NCBI GenBank assembly: GCA_965644315.1
Contig: CBFFRQ010000089.1
Span: forward strand, 248,001-312,000
Direction: 5' to 3'
DNA from: Caecitellus pseudoparvulus
Taxonomy: Eukaryota > Protista > Bigyra: Bicosoecida
Length of the DNA: 64,000 bases
The notes under the pieces are model-generated. The model saw only the letters and a list, made by a program, of their open reading frames with translations. It was not told the DNA's origin and searched no databases. Positions 55,301-61,593 of the stretch are shown here, one piece after another. Numbering within the stretch: the first letter of the stretch is position 1; each line of letters begins with the position of its first letter. The position numbers and the translations under genes were made by a program.

Positions 55301-57811
55301 CAAGCAGCAGTGAGCCAGCAGCCGTGGAGCGGCCCCATGATGGAATTGACCAAGTTGCAGGGGCTGTACCACTCTCGCTTCGTGCAGGAAGCGCTCATGA
55401 CCCGCCATGAGGTGTCCACGAGCACCTGTGTGCTCAACAGCCCTGTGTACGGTGTTTGGCGCCGGCAGGAGCTTGAAGTGACGCCGAGCGGCATGCGACC
55501 GGCGGGCATTCAGAGCGGCCGCTGGGTGCAGAGCAGCACACCCTCCGGCCCACAGCTGCTGCTTCACAAGGTTGCGCGCCAAGATGCGGCATCGTCGGAA
55601 CAGCCGTTGGATCGCACTGACGTACTGACTCCCCGGGCTAGCATGGGGGCTGTCGTGGCGGGCGGGAAGCTCATCGTTATTGGCGGACACAGGTATGGGC
55701 GACAGGCAGGAGGAGTCATCTCTGAGCAAGACTCAAGCCATGCGGGCCCTGCATCGCGCAAGACTGGAGTTCGAAGGTCACAGCCACGGTGGTACTGGGA
55801 TCGGCGCCTTGTCAACAAGCGGTCCGAACTCACCGGCATTGGGAAGGTTTACATGGGCGAAGTGCTCAGCATCTCCCTTGGGCCCACGCACATCCCCGTG
55901 CCTGGCCCATCCCTCGTCCGTGATGCCAGCGCACTGTGGGAGGCGGCAGGCAGTGGGGAGGTGGATGCGGGCAACACTCCAGCAGACTTTGCTCTGCGAA
56001 GCGTGGAGCAGGGTGCAGCTGCCCCCCTGCCGCCCATTGTGCAGGTGCGAGCAGGTGGCAGTGCGCCGCACTCTGCAGTGTGTGACGCGCTGGCGTTGCT
56101 GGGCGACGTGGATGTGGAGGAGGGCAGCTTCGTGCCTGGGGATGCGACGAGCCTGGTGCCGCCCAGCTGGGCTGCAGCGCTGCAGGCCAGTGGGGACACA
56201 CTGGGTGACACGTGTGACACGAGCAGCATCGGTGCCGTGTACGCCCACGCCTGCATTCTGGGAGGCGTGTCGTGGCTGTGGCGGCGTCGGTTGGAGGGTG
56301 CGTGGCGAGCCATCTGCAGTGACGGTGCCGTCGAGGGCCTTGCTCCTGGCGGGCCTGGCTGCAGCTGGGTGTGGGAGGCGGCGTCAGGCGTGCTGACGTT
56401 CCAGGAGCCGGGTGTGAGCGCCAGCGCCCTGAGTGCGACGCTGCAGTGGTTGTACACTGGGCAGGCCCAGTTCGACCCAGTACAAGTGGAGGAGGTGTGC
56501 TTGCTGGTGCGCCGGTGGGGGCTGAGCGGCGCAGGCGTGCCTCGTGTGCGGCGCCCAGGCCACGCGGCGGTGGTGTGTGCACCTGGCGCCCTGGGCGATG
56601 TGCTGCTGGCCATGCAGCACACACATGGCTCTGCTTCTGTGGAGGTGCGGCAGGAGGAGGTGCGGGCAGGTGTGAGGCCTGCCACGATTGACATTGCCAT
56701 GGGGCGGTCAGGCAGCCGAGGGCGACTGAGCCATGTGCGCAGTGTGCTGAGTGCTGTGCTGGTGTACGGTGTGGGTGCTGATGTGCGTCTGCGAGTGCCT
56801 GTGTCGGCTGAGCTGGGCGAGCAGCTGACTGGGGCGTTGGCTCAGCACGGCACTGCTGTGGCATCCGATGGCGTCGTGTATGGGCCTGGCAGCGTGGGCG
56901 GCGGGGAGGATGGCGTGTTGACGTTGACACGGTGGGCGCCAGGGTGTGAGGGCGGTCTGGACATGCCGCCGCCTGAGCTGGGCATGGCACGCAGTCTGTC
57001 CACTGGCTCTGTGGTGGTGGATGTGCCGCCTGTGGCTGCCACCGGGCACGCGTGGCTGCCTGCACACCAGTGCATCCTGGCTCGTCGGTCCTTCTTCATG
57101 CGGCACGCAGTGGCTTCCGGCTTGATCAGTGCGCCAGTGGAGCCCAGTGCTGCAGCGTCCAGTGGTGGCGTGTTCAGCGGGGAGGCGGCCCTGCCCAGCA
57201 CCGGCGTGGGTCTGCCTGACACCGACCTCAGCACACACGCAGCTGCCCACATGGTGGAGTTCCTGTACACTGACCGCATGGGGCGCCTGGCGCTGAGTCA
57301 GGCGGCAGCTGCTGGCTTGCACGCAGATCTGGTCAGTGCGCGAGGCATGGCCCACGCGGTGGTGTCTGGTGCGGACCCAGCCGAAGCTCTGGCGCAAGGC
57401 ACCCTGCCGCCCCCTGCCGAGGCGCCCTTCTCAGCAGGGGCGGTGCGAGAGGAAGACGCCGTGGAAGACGCACCTGCTCTGGCCCAGCTGGGCAGCATGC
57501 ACATGCAGCCGCGGCTGCTGGCCCATGCCCTGCGCAGCATGGTGGCTGGGTACGACCTGTCTGACGCAGAGTCCGCGGTGGGCATGTTGCAGTTCGCGCT
57601 GGGGCTGGGCCAGGCGGGGGAGCCGCTGCGGGCTGTGTGCGAGTTCCACCTGCGGCACAGTGTGCCTCGCAGTGACTTGGTGCCGGTGGTGCAGGCGGTG
57701 TTGGGCAGTGGCGAGGCGGAGGCTGGGCTGGTCAAGGCACTGCGCAGCTCGCTGCGTGCCCGGGGCGTGGACATGGCAGAGCTGGAAGCGGAGCAGGGCA
57801 TTCTGGCGTGA
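49382..57811 (+). CDS. NADAR(YbiA)-like / kelch-repeat / tandem BTB protein, copy B (~2,809 aa)
   Basis: Lies within ORF 49184..57811; likely start MSDAAQ at 49382. Colinear with copy A: FRCFGLEFFCGWSAFLSARF, WATTRQIAMLEVLRRMF..ALVATYPARLAY..EDKHW and GQNELGSLLERVRSEL, with the same kelch and BTB motifs. Confidence 0.85.
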   Translation: MSDAAQVALLAGSRAAAALQDVAGDEGADLSDSSGDLDIGPPGAPTLARQVSAGTAALYLKQPGQGDGGMAVDLLASASTVRHKGKARGASGAAVPVQAQGSAEAMPVLGRGRVAKGSGGGSVWKGRAAVARVDDGGASAVPPAVPGAGVSGGGAAGGVELERQLSGSGVAMLASALGGSSGGGTGVGSGGGYVGPPSMPHAVALDDAWVSEHTSVGVGGGGGGRSAAGDAPRTMEGVLAGLAEQPKLPSRSSTRLPPYLRRMTRQQRAVAAATGWSVSDTVVIGDGLDASELVPGQSKVCIGGRFDWHETLSLSHDFPFRCFGLEFFCGWSAFLSARFPGMPRIQQQCTTQHELSSWSEIAPSTVQEHNLPWQGHPWTAWLTALNLISTDDSSSTTFQRNFKEARDKAAAAGQKIVPFEQASHAYANIHRYYNYSYGYGHAHSRRFNLKALPLMPGYEPIQLWKYTLANEGHWFNGAMRWSFRGRPSRVNSSSPMLAKLQALRAGCMGGRTSSPYGFSPFPTPGPSPSGQHTVHLRAMSPAMSGCLTVSSVIGFDEGMPRPSARPLTAADYPTAVQAVHKLRLELTTTPLSKCKFTVGAPGDEGVLRDPPKTPHVTEVWLTTARISKNMSRYVPHDLPTPADLSNAAGARMASNFSMDAPGFMGEEQWATTRQIAMLEVLRRMFRPGSERAAALVATYPARLAYCVGEAQPTTAEDKHWTARHMCLQPCDLFPELTPEGPQPDTLPSFGTPFDANGRPLPRDMCMGFEGKPVHGMLISRSAQGHTTSQYLPTAEALSKQRQARPVAEQDAVVAQQRVHDLRRQIEGGGGETGRSYVERAQAAAEASSDSTKHVQSVQPAHEAARKEGEDGPKPGEKGYRAPKGARGRRSAPLRARASPAQAPVAQQADQVARDADLAKKTGRGHSTKKESRRTAPASRALAGTRGATAQGEELSETQKGTMMQFLSQACDETGNPLPTLPCHVQIVAGQNELGSLLERVRSELIHKGQAPAPVTRECTGQAAVERSLNLSLSLAPDGTKPNELGVCFRHGNMPLLPADCVESQHALLDSEGAAAGGGTAGAAFDAQVTAPLGAHVDWGDGFRILVPSDSLLSHSMSRDTHQLQQATFAGALHFAGPMLVDAGYGPHAVQVMRSVLTPTLSGRKKSLVPRPHATVGPSPRTDAAVYSLGGIVFMHGGRGPSLRNAFSADAAAGSSTSAQYVRGTYVPPQSTLRHALAIRKLPLPTTAQQQRRAAVMGTVSTVGGVAHTVFNEMFAMDTRRGTWLPRGGHLRATGLRPDAPELEVPSPHERALRLADHCLNPDMPNALPFLPSLSGHTATVMSDRRVVVLGGMCGVHALEPSRGWGVRNAKDFFLLPCPRIQTGRPSRWMRVGRGAVKHTNLQRPTAEVLPGDDYESTSSGISIGGLFDSDTSDDEAEARRAARRVRRAALRGRRQLARAAADDDDPIGTGTRYERPVGGVVVPEMLGGGDFDAGHAGGRSRQPADQFEAWEYRRALEAAQELTGNPAVEIVRTRARIWQAARERAHALLAQGGAALGSGGAAAEDDAAILRALEDREVAMVGAGHAAAMPGTGSLPPLPLLAIGSDVGLYRIVHRDSEHILRSYVQFYAGSPESKASCMVYMLDHGQGLLSPRVTVLTKGGPLLPRCTRPSGEAWDALVEAAEGLTEERAQTQTLSEFCAARCTPELAQDVFFEHAGVAQSKRSGHARSVPSQAPPSSLMKLRSADYLPWHITQRPVLEGTFAGLRVQQQTLEDLGDGEHIPEPVSLVGHSALAVGSAGDEGVLVMGEVDSPQNGGLALLSLGDGTDPCWGWPLTAGTPPAQRSGHSATLVRKQYMVVVGGSTQGRGAGLCSDVWVLDLAAGAGGGVPTWWRLPFAPCSTQLPPPRTCHAAGRVAGKVCIFGGETKGGRVLGDTWTLELVQRDDASLTAAEERIAMYATKVEEVYDTKVSAESQAAVSQQPWSGPMMELTKLQGLYHSRFVQEALMTRHEVSTSTCVLNSPVYGVWRRQELEVTPSGMRPAGIQSGRWVQSSTPSGPQLLLHKVARQDAASSEQPLDRTDVLTPRASMGAVVAGGKLIVIGGHRYGRQAGGVISEQDSSHAGPASRKTGVRRSQPRWYWDRRLVNKRSELTGIGKVYMGEVLSISLGPTHIPVPGPSLVRDASALWEAAGSGEVDAGNTPADFALRSVEQGAAAPLPPIVQVRAGGSAPHSAVCDALALLGDVDVEEGSFVPGDATSLVPPSWAAALQASGDTLGDTCDTSSIGAVYAHACILGGVSWLWRRRLEGAWRAICSDGAVEGLAPGGPGCSWVWEAASGVLTFQEPGVSASALSATLQWLYTGQAQFDPVQVEEVCLLVRRWGLSGAGVPRVRRPGHAAVVCAPGALGDVLLAMQHTHGSASVEVRQEEVRAGVRPATIDIAMGRSGSRGRLSHVRSVLSAVLVYGVGADVRLRVPVSAELGEQLTGALAQHGTAVASDGVVYGPGSVGGGEDGVLTLTRWAPGCEGGLDMPPPELGMARSLSTGSVVVDVPPVAATGHAWLPAHQCILARRSFFMRHAVASGLISAPVEPSAAASSGGVFSGEAALPSTGVGLPDTDLSTHAAAHMVEFLYTDRMGRLALSQAAAAGLHADLVSARGMAHAVVSGADPAEALAQGTLPPPAEAPFSAGAVREEDAVEDAPALAQLGSMHMQPRLLAHALRSMVAGYDLSDAESAVGMLQFALGLGQAGEPLRAVCEFHLRHSVPRSDLVPVVQAVLGSGEAEAGLVKALRSSLRARGVDMAELEAEQGILA

Positions 57812-58301
57812 GTGGCGTGCTGAATGCAGTTTTGAGTGAGTCGTTCGGCATCTGGACGGCTGGCGCTGTGAAACGTCTTGCATTGTGAGCTTTGGCTCAT
57901 CCGCACGACAAGCACCATTCCCTTCCCCATGCCAAACCTCCAAAGGAAACGTCGCCCAGCGTTTGTTCAAGGGATAAATATCATTTTGCTTGTGTCTCTA
58001 TCGTCTTTCCGTGGTGTGGCTTTTCGTGGTCAGCGCTTGTTTTGCTGGCTTCCATTGGAGCCTGACAATTTCCGCAGCGACATTTTTAAGGCCGACCTAC
58101 CTCGACTAAACACCTGTACTTGCGCGTGTAATTGATCGGAATCATAGAAAAAGCCTAATTTTAGCCCCTTTCGACGTCAATCTTTCACACGGCTGAAGTG
58201 CTTGGGCTGGGGAGGTCCACGTGTCAAGCTGCGGTTTTTGCTGCAACGTCACTCGATAGCACTTGACAAGTCAACCAATCCTGAAGCCGCAGGGGGGCAC
58301 C

Positions 58302-59894
58302 ATGACTCACAAACCCAGTCTTGGCGTTATGCAAGCTTGTGATTATTCATCGTGCGGATGTTTCGTCCCTGCCGTTTCATCGCGTCGACGGGGCATTCGT
58401 TTGCTCACTGTTTGGTCGAGCCTCGGCCTTAAGCTGGCTTTGCTGTGTCTCTTGGGTGCTGGTAGCGCCGCTGTGGGGCAGGACACAGCATCTCCTGAGA
58501 GTGCAGCTCAGAACTTGCCCGTCTCTATGGAGAGCATGGCTCACAAAGTCTTTCAACAGTTGCAGGTTCTTGCCAAGGCACGGAGCCTGACCAGCATGAA
58601 TCGCCTGTCCGGGTTGGAGTCACCCCTAGAAGGAGCTGTGCGCTTCAACCCAAGGCAGCCAGCTTCGAGCGTCAGAGGTGAGAGTGGGTTCGAGCCTCTC
58701 TCCGTTTCCAGGTCGCCGTCTGGGCTTGATGTGCAGTTCGTTGCCGTGCGTGCAGCTGCAAGGGGAAGTGGCACTGCAGTGGAACCCACGCATGTGGAAG
58801 TCCCCCTGTTCCCGGATCCTGGCTCAGTATTCGAACATTACGGGCTGGCTACATGCTCTGCAGCGACAGGGCCTTTCTGTGCACCCTCCCTGCCAGCATT
58901 TCCATCGCTCGATGAGTTTCCACGGTCCATGGCGGACTTTGGCTTGAACTCCCATACCACTGCACCTTGGCCCCGCGCTCCTGCGCAAGGGCGAAAGACA
59001 GTGCAAGTGGCAGCAGAGGTGTGGCTGAGGCAACAAGGCATTGAGTGGGCAGGAGCATCAGATGTGTCTGAGCTGTCTCGTGCTCCGTCGCGGGATGGGG
59101 CAGAGCTGCGCGTTAGCCTGCACAGCGATGGACAGCTCTCCGTGGAAGGAGATTTGTCGGACCAGGACAGCCCCGGTTTGATGCGGCTTGCAAAGGCACT
59201 TGCAGCTGTCGCAGCTGACGCCGAGCTTTCACCTCCAGGTGACCAAGCGAATCCCCCCCAGGCTCACCCAAATCAGGCCGGGTCAAAACCTGGGTCTGGG
59301 ACTGCCAACGGCAAGCATGGCCATGGCGCAGCTGCTGATGAGCAGAAGTCTGCAGGACGCCGGCCCAGACAGGCCCAAGCTCAAGCAGCCAACATCCCAG
59401 CTGGAAGTTGGTTCAGTGTGGAGATTGTGGGGGGAGTCCAGATTCAGCTGGCGAATGCCGGTTCCCGGCGCAAGTGGGCCCTGAAACGAGCGTCAAGTCA
59501 CAGCAAGCTGTTCCGCGTGGAGCAAGTCGTGAGCCAGACATATGCACAGCGATCCATTGCGCTGCGTGTGGAAGAGCTGCAGGCCACTGCTCGAGGCCAA
59601 CTTGTGTCGCTGTGGCAGGGAGCTGCCGAAGCGGTCGAAGGTGAGGACGCACGTGGCTTGTGGGGCCAGGCTGTATTGATGGAGGTCATGACAGGGAAAG
59701 CATCAAAGGGTGCCCGTCGATCCGGTCGGACTCGAGCCGCTCTCTCTTCGAGCGACTTCCATGCTGCAGTGCAGGATGTGCTGCTTCACCCAGACAGTGC
59801 TGCCGTGCTGAAGGCGCTGCAGCAGCACGAGGAAGACTCACTGCATGTGCTGGTATCTTTGGACGTCGCGGGCTGGCGCAAGACGAGGAAGTAA
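58302..59894 (+). CDS. Hypothetical protein with N-terminal signal/TM-like segment
   Basis: Long open frame (58263..59894) containing LGLKLALLCLLGAGSAAVG|QD. No recognisable domain and the start is uncertain. Confidence 0.55.
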   Translation: MTHKPSLGVMQACDYSSCGCFVPAVSSRRRGIRLLTVWSSLGLKLALLCLLGAGSAAVGQDTASPESAAQNLPVSMESMAHKVFQQLQVLAKARSLTSMNRLSGLESPLEGAVRFNPRQPASSVRGESGFEPLSVSRSPSGLDVQFVAVRAAARGSGTAVEPTHVEVPLFPDPGSVFEHYGLATCSAATGPFCAPSLPAFPSLDEFPRSMADFGLNSHTTAPWPRAPAQGRKTVQVAAEVWLRQQGIEWAGASDVSELSRAPSRDGAELRVSLHSDGQLSVEGDLSDQDSPGLMRLAKALAAVAADAELSPPGDQANPPQAHPNQAGSKPGSGTANGKHGHGAAADEQKSAGRRPRQAQAQAANIPAGSWFSVEIVGGVQIQLANAGSRRKWALKRASSHSKLFRVEQVVSQTYAQRSIALRVEELQATARGQLVSLWQGAAEAVEGEDARGLWGQAVLMEVMTGKASKGARRSGRTRAALSSSDFHAAVQDVLLHPDSAAVLKALQQHEEDSLHVLVSLDVAGWRKTRK

Positions 59895-59939
59895 GGGGCC
59901 CTGGCTTTTCAACAGCTGCAAGGGTCAGCTCGCGTTGCG

Positions 59940-61439
59940 TCATGGCGGCGGCACGCCTTCTGCTGACACGTCCTGTGATGCAGCTGCTGTCCCGGCGCCT
60001 GCCAGCGTGGCGCTCGGCAAGAACCCAGAGCTCGCGGGCGGAAACCGCTTCTTAAATGCAGCAGCAACTTTGTGAAACTTCTCTACAAAGGCGGGAACAG
60101 CGTCTGGCTCTTGACCAATCGCGATTGCCACTGTCAAGTACGGGCAGTGTGCGTACTTTGCCGGGGCGGATGCACCCCAGTGATGCAAATTGATGCCCCC
60201 CACTGATTTATCCGTCCCTGTCGACACTACCCTGCACCCTGTCACACCCCGACTGTACAGCATGCTGCCAAACTCAGTGGGGTCGCCGCCTGAAGTCAGC
60301 GCCCCTAGCGTCACAGCGAAGGAGATTGGGTTTTGTGGTGTGCTGAGCAGGCGCTCGCCGTGAACAGCTGCCATCTCAGACAGCAAGGCCGGAGCAGCCT
60401 TCGCAGCTGCCTTGCGAGCTGCGAGTGCCTCCTTCCACCCTTGCTCCCCCAAGTACAGAAGCGTGGCAAACAGGTCGGTGATGGGTGCGGCGCTGGCTCG
60501 GCCGGCGTACGCCGCTGACACTCCCGCCACCAAGGCTGGGTCAGAGGACAGGACAAGAGCCCCTCCAACAGGCACCATGAAGTTTTTGTCTGTGCTCTGC
60601 ACGATGGCGTCCACGCGCCCAGTACGCATGGCCTGGTTCAGCTGGTGCGTGATTTTGGACGCCTGCAGTCCGTAGGCGTTGTTCACCAGGTGTGGAATGC
60701 CCAGCGCCGCACACATCTTCCCCACTGCCACCACATCATCCGGAATCCGTGGGGCAAAGCATGAGGTGGTGGTCAGGATGGCTGCGATGCGCTCCGCCCC
60801 CACTCGCTCCACTGCTGCGTGCATGCCGGCCATGTCCGTCGCCAATGCATCACCTTGCTCGGCCGTGTCCACGACGACGCATGTTAGGCCGGCTGCCGTA
60901 ATCGACTTCCAACACGCCTTCTGATCAATGCGAGACCATAAAACGTACTTGGCGCCCTCCCCTCTCGCGTCTGCCAGGTGTCGCAGGCACAGTGCCAGGC
61001 TCATGCCAGTGGCCAAGGGGAGGACGAGGCCAGCCTTGGCCAGCTGCAGTCCCGCCAACCTCGCAGCATGCAGCGCCAGGCGGTTTGTCAGCTGGTACAT
61101 GAGGCTGCTGCCCGCTGCCTTGGGTTGCACCGCCGCCACGTCGCCGGAGCGGCCAACGCCATGAGCCAGCCCGAAGTGCCGCCGAGCGACAAGGGGGCAC
61201 ACGACACGCCCTTCACGTTCCCCGACACCAATGCCGCCAGGCGCATTGTTGGTGTCCATGTCCGCGAGTTCCTCCAGAATCTGACCGATCAGGCGCTCGT
61301 CCCAGCCCTTGGCAGGGAGACGCCTGTTGGCAAGCAATTTCCGCAGTTCCCTGGCCCGGCGTCCAAGCGCTGCAGTGCCCTGTACGATGTACGCTGCAGG
61401 CACCAGAGCCTGTGCTAGTTTTGCATTACTGTAATCCAT
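59940..61439 (-). CDS. SEPSECS: O-phosphoseryl-tRNA(Sec) selenium transferase (SepSecS), 499 aa
   Basis: Signature segments MDTNN..GVGEREGRV..LVARRHFGLAHGVGRSGD..QPKAAGSSL, WSRIDQKAC, TTTSCFAPR, HLVNNAYG and the PLP-lysine motif VQSTDKNFMVPVGG. Confidence 0.95.
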   Translation of the reverse strand: MDYSNAKLAQALVPAAYIVQGTAALGRRARELRKLLANRRLPAKGWDERLIGQILEELADMDTNNAPGGIGVGEREGRVVCPLVARRHFGLAHGVGRSGDVAAVQPKAAGSSLMYQLTNRLALHAARLAGLQLAKAGLVLPLATGMSLALCLRHLADARGEGAKYVLWSRIDQKACWKSITAAGLTCVVVDTAEQGDALATDMAGMHAAVERVGAERIAAILTTTSCFAPRIPDDVVAVGKMCAALGIPHLVNNAYGLQASKITHQLNQAMRTGRVDAIVQSTDKNFMVPVGGALVLSSDPALVAGVSAAYAGRASAAPITDLFATLLYLGEQGWKEALAARKAAAKAAPALLSEMAAVHGERLLSTPQNPISFAVTLGALTSGGDPTEFGSMLYSRGVTGCRVVSTGTDKSVGGINLHHWGASAPAKYAHCPYLTVAIAIGQEPDAVPAFVEKFHKVAAAFKKRFPPASSGFLPSATLAGAGTAAASQDVSAEGVPPP

Positions 61440-61593
61440 TCTTTCTGTGGTTGATACTGCTGCCAAAATGAATCAGGTGAGCAGGGAGGCACCCATTCAG
61501 TCGCAATGTGTGGTTTGGCTGGCGCAAGAGTCTGCATTTCGCAAGGCTGCTTCCGCACTGCGTGACAGCCAGCTTGGGAGACACGCTGCCCAC

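Noticed and set aside
37672-57811. Interpretation of the large inverted repeats as terminal inverted repeats of a transposon, Polinton or virophage
   Set aside because: The repeats are internal coding parts of two host-type genes. No transposase, integrase, polymerase or capsid gene and no target-site duplication is visible.
5494-57970. Hundreds of 60-410 aa ORFs antisense to or overlapping the main genes
   Set aside because: These are shadow ORFs expected at high GC. They are Arg/Pro/Ala-rich with no motifs, and the duplicated ones simply mirror the inverted repeat blocks.
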